A stretch of DNA of 21,883 bases from Paraglomus brasilianum (Eukaryota). The stretch covers positions 62,001 to 83,883 of the forward strand of contig CAJVPI010000022.1 in NCBI GenBank assembly GCA_910592345.1. Direction: 5' to 3'. The translations under genes were made by a program, and so were the position numbers. Positions 11,244-21,218 of this stretch are shown here, in pieces; positions within the stretch are counted from its first letter, which is position 1, and each line of letters begins with the position of its first letter. The notes under the pieces are model-generated. The model made no database searches and had not been told where the DNA came from. It was given only the letters and a program-made list of their open reading frames with translations.

Positions 11244-11429
11244 TTACTTACCCGAAAAGATCTTTCCTTTTGTGTCCAACAGACATTTCATTGAACAATG
11301 CCTGCAAATTACAAAATGACTGTATGACGGTGTGCAAATAACAATTGTCGTTTCATACAATATTTCTGTTGGGAGAATTATTGCTAGAATTTGTAGCTTT
11401 TTGGATCCTGTTTCCTCCGCTGTCGACAT
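11244..11429 (-). pseudogene. Possible frameshifted F-box-like first exon (relic)
   Basis: ATG11429 gives ...IILPTEILYE (F-box LPxEIL motif). After a frameshift it continues CYLHTVIQSFCNLQALFNEM, similar to the F-box second and third helices, and ends at a GTAAGT donor (~11251). TATAAA lies ~50 nt upstream. Confidence 0.35.
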
Positions 11430-12728
11430 TGTACGGGATTTTTAAAGTGTATTATATAACGAATGAGTAGATTAGATTCGTCGGCGAAAAAATCTCTTTT
11501 TATATGTTACCGGTTCGTAAGCTACGTCTTGGTATATCCACATTGGCATGTAAACACAAATATACAAAGTTTGTCGTCACCACCAGAGAAAACGTAATCA
11601 TTTTTAAAAATGCCCAAAGGTTCTTAAAACGTATCTTTGTAACCGATCAGTAATTGGAGATATAGCGCATACTCATCGTATCACTTTACTTTGAAATTTA
11701 TTGTCAACAGAGTATCTAGCGATGACTTATGTAATCTAGCCAGTGAAAAATATAATTATTATAAACATTGGATGTAAACTATACCACTATCAGCAATAAC
11801 AGTGCCTAACGAATATGTCCTTGAATAAATACTATATTAGAATCGTTACGACTCGCCAGGATAGTATTTCTTTTAAAATTGATGGATGTTATTCTTGCGC
11901 TGTCAAATATATTCAAGGCTACTCTATATTACTGGAAACGTTTAACGTGACAAGATCACTATTACTATACTACGATTAAGACAAAAACTACATTGTTTGC
12001 TCAAACTCTTTCAAATCACTCGATATACTGTATTCGACAGATCTTTAACGTTTTAAGAATGAAATAAATTTTATAAGTTGATCACTATTATAGTGTTGTT
12101 GTACCTCATTTGGGGACCTCTGGACCGAGGCAACTGAGTTCCGGACCGAGGGACTGGGTTCTGAACTGAGACAGGTCCCGCACTCAGACACAACAGAACA
12201 ATCAAGTCACACACATCAACTATCATCGATCGTCTTCAATTCACGCTCCTTGTGGAATTTTCCTTGCTGCTGATCATAACTGCGGGCCGCAAGTCGGGCG
12301 AGTCACGTCTGATCCAATTACATTTAGTGATATTTTGCAGAGTGTGCGAAACGTTTCCGTGAATCGGATAGGCTAACCCGAGGACTATCTGCTACTACAT
12401 TTATTCTCTATGGGGAATTCCATGACAATTGAATACTTTGTCATTCTCACACTGTCATTAACGATCTCTCAAAAGCATATGAGGACGCCCTTCCCAATGT
12501 ATTGTTATTACAAAGCAATTAATTAACCCAAACAAGGTTAAATCCATGCATTTTATGAAATTCTAGACTAACGGATAAAGACGTATCCGGGCGCTGATTG
12601 CCTTACAAATAATACCACATTTAGACACCATCATTGAACGCAATACATATTAATATCGCTTTTTTATTGTTAACAAAATACAAAAACTAAATAATAATAT
12701 AATACGTCCACAATCAACCCCTCTTCTC

Positions 12729-13148
12729 TTATGATGTATCAATTCCATGCATTTGTTTGTCTCCGGCAGACTTCTGCAGAGTTCCGCTCTTTTTTAGATT
12801 CTCATTCTTTACTGCACTTCCAACATATTCTTTCGCAGTTCCCACGGCCTTGTTCACTGCACCTTGTACTTTATCGCCAGTTGTCGGTTCGTGTTTAACT
12901 GCATCTACAGGGATATGTCCAGCTATTGAAATATGATTGGATGTTAGGATAAGAATGTTATTGATCCAATAGAATTTGAGTGGGACAGCGATTACCGTAC
13001 CATATGCTCCAACACCTCCAAGAGCTGTGCTCGAAGGCCCGTATGATTCTTTTCCTTTTTCTGGCTCTTTTTTCGAAGGTTGATGTTTTTGAGATTCTTT
13101 GAATTCCTCTGTGGTCATTTGATTTTGAGGCAATGGAGTTTGAGACAT
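12729..13148 (-). CDS. CsbD/LEA-like hydrophilic stress protein, 113 aa; exons 13148-13001, 12922-12729
   Basis: The C-terminal GDKVQGAVNKAVGTAKEYVGSAVKNENLKKSGTLQKSAG matches the CsbD-family pattern. Intron 13000-12923 (GTACGG...CCTAAC...ATAG, 78 nt) removes the only hydrophobic, AT-rich segment of the ORF. Confidence 0.8.
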   Translation of the reverse strand: MSQTPLPQNQMTTEEFKESQKHQPSKKEPEKGKESYGPSSTALGGVGAYGTVIAVPLKFYWINNILILTSNHISIAGHIPVDAVKHEPTTGDKVQGAVNKAVGTAKEYVGSAVKNENLKKSGTLQKSAGDKQMHGIDTS

Positions 13149-13460
13149 TTTCGAATTATTGATGATTTATTGAATGATGCTTTGATATTAGAGTATTGCT
13201 ATATCACTGTGTGTGTTGGGATTGATTTCTTCCCGTCTATCTGCCCTCGCCTTTTATAATATTTCGATCGCGAACGATTGCTAGCTATTTGCGTCGCTCA
13301 TACGCAACGATGACTTAATGTTGATGACCACACATGATATGACGTAAATGATATTAATCTTATGGCCTATAGAAATGAATATTATTTATGTAACACTAAC
13401 ATATTGACGGCAAGTACGTCATGTCATGCTAAAAAGAAATTTGTTTACGTAATTGTCCAA

Positions 13461-15560
13461 TCACATAGCCCCACCGGCGTTCTTCAAATCCTCTACTCTT
13501 ACTGGATAGTGCTTTACAAATGCGTACGACACAAAGGCCAATACCATTATTCCGCTTTGCACATACCAAACCACCCTCAGTGCCTCCACATAGGCGTTGA
13601 TAACCTGTTCGTTGATTGATGCCTCAAGGGAATTGACAAATGAAATGGAACTTTGAGCAATCGGTATTTGATCAGGAGGAAGAATGCCTACGAGTCGTGA
13701 ACCAAGACTGTTGTTGAAGACAGTAGCAGAAATAGCTACACCAACCGCGCCACCAAACATTTGGAAGAAATTCACGTTTGAGGTTGCCGTGGCAAGATCT
13801 GTCGGGAAGGGCGAAATCGAAGGAAATTTTTAGAATGAAAGTCAACGAGAAGAACATTCACAAACTCTTGACAAAAAAGATATACATACCTTTAAGCTCA
13901 ACCGCAGCTTGCACAGCAACCACAGAAAGTGACCAACACAACCCAAGTCCCAATCCAAAGATAAACAACACTCCAATCTCCATTACTATCGAATCGTCCA
14001 CTTTAAACAAGCTCACTAGTCCAATCCCTACTGACCCCAGACAACACGCAAGCATAAGAAGTTCCTTCACTCTACCCAATTTCATAATTGCCACCGTTGC
14101 CAACGAGGATGAAACGACCAATCCCACCGGCATCGGGAGTAGTCTCAAGCCAGATACGGTTGCTGAAGTATGTTTAGCAACTTGCCAGAATATAGGGAGA
14201 AAATACATGAGCGAAAAGAATCCTGATAGGAAGAGAGCGGCACCAATGTATACTGCAATGGCGGTGCGGATTTTGAATAGATGTGGTGGTACGATCGGTT
14301 CGACCGCGTAAAAGACTTCATAGAGACCGAGCGCTATGTAGAGCAATCCGGCGATTATAAAGAGAAGAATGGTCGGTGCACTGCGCCAAGCGTATTTAGA
14401 TCCTGCCCAGGTTATGCCGAGAAGGAACAGAGTCGTTGCGGAAACAATGAGAAACGTGCCGATATAGTCAATGCGGGCGAGTTTGGATTTCATGGAGCCT
14501 TTAGGTGTGGGGATTTTCAAGAGAATTATAGAGATGATGAGGGAGATTGCACCAATCGGAAGACTAGGTTGAGTAGGCAAATGTAGGGTTAGGAATTGGT
14601 GTGTGAATTAGACGTTGTATGAACATGACATGATTAACCTTTACATAATATCGATACGTACTTGATGTAGAATCCCCATCTCCATGTCACATGATCCACA
14701 AACAATCCACCAATTAGTGGTCCAACTACACTTGCGAACGAGAAAACGAGCGCGATGATACTGAGAAAGAACGCGTGTGATTGTAAAAGATGTGTCAATA
14801 TAAAAATTGCTAATTTTTACGGTCATTTAATAAATAAATTGTGCCAAATTATTTACCCTTGATATTTGGCTCGGTCTTCCAAGGAACTAATGTCAGTAAA
14901 CACTATCATAGTACATACGAATATTGCACCTATCGATGTAAAAGCAAGAATTAATAGCATATTCGTTATACACGAATTTTTCGCGTACTTGAACAATCCT
15001 TGCATAGACAACTTTTAAATCTTCTTCTCCCTCCCAAACTTACTTGCTCCAGTTCCCTGCACAGCTCTACACACAATCAACATGATCATAGTTTTGGCTG
15101 CTCCGCATAAAGCGCTTCCAACTAAAAATATTGATATTCCTCCAAGCATTACTGCTCTCCGTCCAAAGACATCGCACAACTTTCCATTAAGAGGAATAAA
15201 CGAATTAAACGTCAAAATAAACGCAGTCGCAATATAAGTAATATCTGCTAGCGAGTTAAATTGTGCTGCTATAGCCGGCATCGCCGTAGCCGAGATTGTG
15301 TTATCGAGACCGCATAGGAAAATCGCGAGACATAATCCCAATACCAAAGGAACTTTTTGACGAAGCGAAAGAAAAACGGTTTGTTGTGTGGTCGCAGTTT
15401 CGTCTGCTGTAGGCATCGCACTTTTTTCTAGATCGACTGACGATGAGGTACTGGCGTCATCCTTTTTGATATCGTGTTTGGCTTCGCGTTTAGTCTCGGT
15501 CTCGGTGGGTACCTGTTGAGGCTTCACTGGTGATTCAGGAACTTGTTCTTGAGCAGTCAT
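13461..15560 (-). CDS. MFS drug:H+ antiporter, DHA2 (14-TMS) family, 566 aa; exons 15560-15044, 14929-14857, 14760-14662, 14563-13890, 13798-13461
   Basis: Motifs: [14 protein letters not shown] (motif D1), [10 protein letters not shown] (motif A), CRAVQGTGA (motif B), VVGPLIGG (motif C), WRWGFYINLPIG, and IDYIG. Four GT-AG introns (114, 96, 98, 91 nt) have consistent phases; total 1701 nt. Confidence 0.95.
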
Positions 15561-16369
15561 ATTATTTTACGTATTATTTCTCTATATATGTATATATTTA
15601 CAAGTAGAATTGATTAAATTTTTTCCTCGATCAAAAATCGATTCTGGTCTCGCATCTGCCAAGTTCCTTTGTATATATATGCGTATTAGCCCCGATCCTT
15701 GTCGGTCGGAAATGGGCGACGCAGTAAAGTCCTAACCGTAAATGACAGCAAGGTAAAACTAATCATCCGTGGTGGATCGAGGATTACTGCAGTCCCGCAG
15801 TATTGCTGACAATAGAAGGAATTAAGGAGGGACTCGGTTTTTTTTGTACCGATCAACTGCTTTCGTTTCACCATTATTGGTATAGTTTTACTGTGCCTCA
15901 CTTGACGGGCAAGTTAAAGTGTAACATCGGAGCTCCAAAAATAATGCCGAACGATTGTTTTTACCAAGACGGCCATTACTATCGGCATTTTAAGATAGTC
16001 ATGGAATGGTTATCTTTATTGTCAAGTTGATTGATAATCATCGGAATTTTGTCGGTCCATGTGTATCAACAAACAAACCAGTAAATAATGCAATACAGTA
16101 AAGGGGTAGGCTTAACATTGCAAATAAAGTTGGTTTACAATACTGACAGAAGGTAGATTGTTGCACACTTGATAGATAATGATTGTCGCGTTATTCATAA
16201 CGTATAATCAATCGCACGTAATAGTAAGCTTTCGAGAATCCGTCCATCTGATAAGGATATCGTATATGCGAGGCTTAGTCTCACTCCTTTTTAATCGCAT
16301 TTATGATACCTTTGTACTTATCAAGTAGATCTGACGATTAATAAATATTAACTGTCGCACAACGGAAAA

Positions 16370-16594
16370 TTATCCGATGTTACACGCATTTGAAGTGTTA
16401 CACGTGAATTCACTTGCAACGAACATTCCTTTGCAGATAACCTGCAAATTCGTTTACGTAAACTGTCTTTTACGTAAGATGGACGGATCCGTTCTCCGTT
16501 ACAAAGCGATCTTTGTCAAAGTGAATTTCTCTTTGTAGGGTTGTGCAATGTCCGATCGCCAGAATAGTGTTTAGATGTGTGTAACACCGGATAA
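16370..16594. repeat. Degenerate nested inverted repeat (fold-back element)
   Basis: Outer arms 16370-16393 and 16571-16594 match 20/24. Inner arms are AATTCACTT (16407-16415) and AAGTGAATT (16519-16527). Twin TTACGTAA palindromes lie at the centre of the inner arms (~16454-16477). Confidence 0.65.
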
Positions 16595-16625
16595 ATTCTT
16601 GCGATAATAGATGATCTTGTCGCTA

Positions 16626-16752
16626 TTCCAAGAATGGGCTTTTTACACCTTTAGCGTTCAATCGTAGGTGTAAACAAATAAAGAACGCAAAACTCCAAGA
16701 ATGGGCTTTGTGTAGACAATAAAATTCCAAGAATGGGCTTGGTCTAAACATG
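16626..16752. repeat. Three direct copies of TCCAAGAATGGGCTT with an interposed 9-bp hairpin
   Basis: Exact 15-mer at 16627, 16694 and 16726. TTTACACCT (16642-16650) / AGGTGTAAA (16666-16674) form an inverted repeat between copies 1 and 2. Confidence 0.85.
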
Positions 16753-18255
16753 TACTAAAGTGTGAGTGGCGGTGACGACTGTTCCGGTGAAAGCTAAAAC
16801 AATGGTGTTTGTCCAATAAATATAAACCAAACCACATATATTAATATGTAACCGTAAACCGCCCGTCACAATTAATCTATATGACATTTTCAATAGTGTA
16901 AGCCTTAATACATTTAGCTGCTTGTGCTGCTTCATGTGAACAGCGAGCAATTTTAAAGTTAACGCTGAAATTATTGGTTCTAACATAAAGATTCTTCGTT
17001 TCCATCTGCAAAGTATATTTACTGTTGGAGAATGTAGTAATCAATAGTATTAAGAAAGGATGGTAATGATAAAATTTTTGTTATCAGTCCCAGTCACACA
17101 CTTGTAGCTTGAAAACCATACACAATCAATATGTCAAGTGATTGTATACAACATTAAAACTTTGTAGAATAAAAACTTGGAGTATGTTTGTAAATTGCAA
17201 TTTTGTGTACTTCAAGGTTTAATAAGAGGCGCTACTATTAACCTTAGTAAGAGATTTGTTTTAATTGACTAACCGGCTTAATATTGACCGAGAAGTTATT
17301 ACTTTTGACTACACCCCTTATCACAATTTTCTCACATTGAAGAATCTAATTATCCAAAGGCCATTGGTAATCTTTTGAGGGACTATCTAAGTGTTTAAGC
17401 ACAATCCAAGTACTTTGTCAATTATTTTTTACAGACGCAAAACTAAGGCGGTTGGTTTGAAATACGAAAGTTAGTGCGAACGTCCAATTTTTGGCTTAAG
17501 AAGTTGCGTGATTCCACGCTTTTCACCTATTCGACTCTTTATTCTAAATAAAAAAAGTCCTTGTTCTTGGACTTCAAAAGTTTTGTCACAAGCCATGCTA
17601 AACATAATCTTTTATCTTCTATCGCGAACATATTAAACTGCTTGCGATGGCGGAGGGATGACATCATTGCCCGAATACTGTCTACTTTGCCTTTGCACTA
17701 CTGTGGTACTGAATTTGCCATTTTGAACTGGTAAGTATTGCTATCTGAAAAGGGTGGTTCGGCATACTTTTGCCCTGTACAATTACGAAAACTTTCTTTA
17801 ATATTCAGCCGTGTGGCTTAGATTCACTGTGGTACAGAATGTAATCGCACACCCTACATTTGTGGTTCCCACACACGACATTATTGACTTATACATATAT
17901 GTTTAGCAACGTCATCGTACATATGAAGGATATGCTCTATCATAAAATCAGCTGTTGAAAGTAAGGTAAGGCTATAGCCCCTTAACTCCAATAGAAATCA
18001 AATTACTTCAAATCAGCTGTTATTTATCAATGGCGAAATCTGCAGGTACAAATGGCCTGATAACCATAGGGCATTGATAATCAAGATTTTCCGGTATTGT
18101 TTATGTTAATGTGCACACGTAAATGCGTCTTCATCACATGTTAACAAAATGCCATTATCTAGAAGTTGCTCCTAGTTTCGAAAACTGAACAGAATTAACG
18201 TTAAAAAGCAATGTAATCCCCCTCCTGTGTGTACATTGAAAAATAACACATTCGA

Positions 18256-20792
18256 ATGTCTTTAAACACCATGACGGAAAATCCCAAGAAATGGATAGAA
18301 CAGAACGTTCAGAATGGATATATTCCCTACTATCTCGAAAAAGACTTGTCGCATCGTAGTAAGATTGGCGGATCAGATTATAAAGCCGTATTAAAACAAT
18401 CCGGAAGCATCGTCACTGTAACCTCATTGTTATGCAACAAGGAAAGACCAGAAAAAGAATTCTACAAAGGATTGGTGAAAGAGGTGTGTAATATAATTAA
18501 TTGGTCCTTTTTTGTTATCGTTGGCTTACCGATTCACCATATACAATTTTACTTTGTCACAGCTGTCTAAACATCAACGGATCGTTAACCACCCAAACAT
18601 CGTTCAGTTCCTAGGATTGAGCAAAGGTATCACATGACAAGATACGATCATTATTCATCCACGTATAGAAGTGTAAACTAATACCTTGTTTTCTATTAAA
18701 TAGATGCATCCAGTAATTATCTTGCAATATTTGAATATGCTGATGGTGGAACACTGCGGAATCGCTTGGAAGCATTTTATTATACTTCGACATGGGAGAG
18801 CAAATTTTCACTCTGTTTAAGCATTGTCAACGGGCTAAAGTATCTCCACGAATTGGATATTGTCCATAATCATTTGGTAATGTATCATACAATGTTAATG
18901 TATGTTCATAGTCACAATAGTTTATCAGTCAAACAGGAACATGGATAACTAATATATATTTTCACATACGTTTCCAGGGTTCCCATAACATTATATTCTG
19001 TAAAGGTATTGCCAAGATTACTGGTTTCGGATTAGCTAGTATGAAGGCCTCCAAGTATGAGAATGAAGGAATGCAGGCATACGTGGACCCATTATCGCTT
19101 ACCGACGCTTCATATCAACGGGGAAAAGAATCTGACATTTTCAGTTTGGGTGTGATACTGTGGGAAATTTCTAGTGGACAGCGGCCATGTGAGGGAATGA
19201 CATCAGCATCATCTATAATCGAATTTAGATCAAACGGTTCTCGCGACGAGCCTGTCCTTGGAACGCCTGAAGATTACATCGAGTTGTATTCGGAATGTTG
19301 GGACGAAGACGCTGACGACCGGCCGTCTTGTGAAGAGGTTTACAAAAGACTGGTCGTCTTGTCTGGAGAATTAGAGACGGAAAAGGATCAATTTCGCAGC
19401 TTATTGGATGATCGGAATGATTCTGGAGATGATGATGATGAAGAAGAAGAAGAAGAAGAAGAAGAATTGGACGATTATAACTTATTGTTGGAATTGGAAC
19501 CGAATAATGCGGTGGCTCGAATGCAGAGAGGAGAAATCTACCGTAAACTTAAAAAGTATGACGATGCTTTGGAAGATTTCAATAACTCATTGGAGATCGA
19601 ACCGAATAATGCAAATGCGTTGAATGGAAGGAGCTCTGTCTATCTTGACCTCAATCAGAATATGGATGCATTAAATGACGTCAATGAAATATTGAGGGTT
19701 GACCCGAGGAACGCCACGGCACTGAAATTAAGGGGAAATATATATCTCAATCTTCATCAGTATAGCAATGCATTGATCGATCTCAACAAGTTGTTGATAA
19801 TCACACCAAATGATGCAATTGCATTAAGAACAAGAGGTTTCGCCTATTTCATGACTAACGATTATGGAAAAGCATTTAATGACTTTAATAAATCATTAGC
19901 GATTAGGCCGGACGATGCAACGACGTTGAGAACAAGGGGAAAGGTCTATCTCATGATTAATCAATTTGATAACGCGCTGGAAGATCTCAACCAATCGCTG
20001 AGAATCGAACAAAGTAATGCAGTTGCATTGAGGATAAGGGGAGTCGTCTACCTTATGATGGGTGAATACAACAATGCATTGAAAGATCTTGACAAGTCAT
20101 TAAAGATTGAACCAAACGATCCGATTGCCTTGAGAGTGAGGGGAAACGTTTATTACATGCTTGATCAGTATGATAATGCATTAAATGATCTTGATAGATC
20201 ATTAGAGGCTGAACGGGATAATGCATTTGCATTGAAAATACGGGGCGCTGTCTATCTCATGATCAGCAATTACGACGATGCACTGAGAGATCTCGACAAG
20301 TCGCTGGAAATTGAAAGTGATGCATTTGCACTAAAAGTAAGAGGAGGTGCCTATTACAAACTCAAAAGCTATGATAGCGCATTGAGCGATCTCAGTAACT
20401 CATTGGCAATAAAACCAGACGATGCATTTGCATTGAGGTTAAGAGGGGCCGTCTATCTCGAGTTGGAGCAGTACGAGAATGCATTGAGCGATGTCGACAA
20501 CTCGTTAAATATTGAGCCAAACAATGCAGTTGCATTAAGAACGAGAGGAACTATTTATCAAGTGACCAATCAGTATCACAGTGCTCTTATTGATCTGACT
20601 AAATCACTGGAAATAGAGCCAAATGACGCGCTTACATTGAGTAAACGAGGAGAAGTCTATTACATGCTTAATCAACACGACAACGCGTTAAAGGATCTGG
20701 ATAAATCATTGGCGATTGAACCGGATAATGCATTGGCATTGAGAGTGAGAGGAGAGGTTTATCATATGATTAACAAGAATGACGACGAATGA
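18256..20792 (+). CDS. TKL-like (pseudo)kinase-TPR protein, 759 aa; exons 18256-18483, 18563-18626, 18704-18876, 18978-20792
   Basis: Kinase-fold motifs after splicing: HPNIVQFLG, FEYADGGTL, GLKYLHELDIVH, AYVDP, SDIFSLGVILWEISSG, YSECWDEDADDRP. These are followed by an acidic linker and 12 full TPRs plus a partial 13th. Three GT-AG introns have consistent phases (0, 1, 0). Confidence 0.92.
19428..19466 (+). repeat. (GAT)4(GAA)9 coding microsatellite, acidic linker between kinase and TPR domains
   Basis: Read directly; encodes DDDDEEEEEEEEE. Confidence 0.95.
19509..20792 (+). repeat. TPR array: 12 complete 34-aa units (unit 8 is 33 aa) plus a truncated 13th
   Basis: 102-nt periodicity; consensus AxALRxRGxVYxMLxQYDxALxDLDKSLxIEPxN. 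Confidence 0.95.
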
Positions 20793-21116
20793 GTGATCTC
20801 GATAAACATTCAAAGCTTAGGCAGTAAATTACAAGTCATTTATTCTCTCCCAAATTCAGAGTGTATATATTACAATTAGCATAGTAATTGGACAATGGGC
20901 GTTAGAGCGGTAGGGTGTTGCAAATCAACTTTGGATTTTATATTGTGTATATTTTGAGTTTTTTTACAGACGAGCAATAATTATTTGTATAATATTGGAA
21001 TTGTATAAACCGAATGCGTTTTAATAAATCAATTTCGCATTGCGTAAAATATCTTTTGCACATTAGATGAGTTTGTTGCTTTAAATAGTTAGCAGTATGT
21101 AGCGGTAGGCCATTTC

Positions 21117-21218
21117 CCTTGAAATTGAATCCAATATGAATAAATAAAGTTAGTCTTTACTATGCATATCGTATCCCATATAGGTTCAAGTCCCAAAGTC
21201 AGGCCAAAGCCTGACCCT
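21117..21218 (-). ncRNA. Putative Fanzor omegaRNA scaffold / transposon right end, overlapping the ORF stop
   Basis: On the minus strand, a perfect hairpin GTCAGGC-TTTG-GCCTGAC (21215-21198) spans the stop codon. A long imperfect stem follows, pairing TTGGGA(C)TTGAA-CCTATATG with CATATTGG-A-TTCAA-TTTCAA, with an internal AGTAAAG/CTTTATT stem. It ends at ...TTTCAAGG. This position is where TnpB/Fanzor omegaRNAs are known to lie. Boundaries are inferred. Confidence 0.6.

Noticed and set aside
13362..14586. Plus-strand ORFs 13362-13619, 13778-14311 and 14281-14586
   Set aside because: Antisense to MFS exons, with no independent motifs.
16626..16752. CRISPR-like array
   Set aside because: Repeats are only 15 bp, spacers are unequal (52, 17) and partly similar to each other, the context is eukaryotic, and there are no cas genes.
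20906..20914. AGCGGTAGG matches part of the predicted Fanzor guide (21101-21109); 9-nt guide matches also occur at 5641 and 18050
   Set aside because: Matches of 9 nt are expected by chance and do not extend, so they are not credible targets or TSDs.
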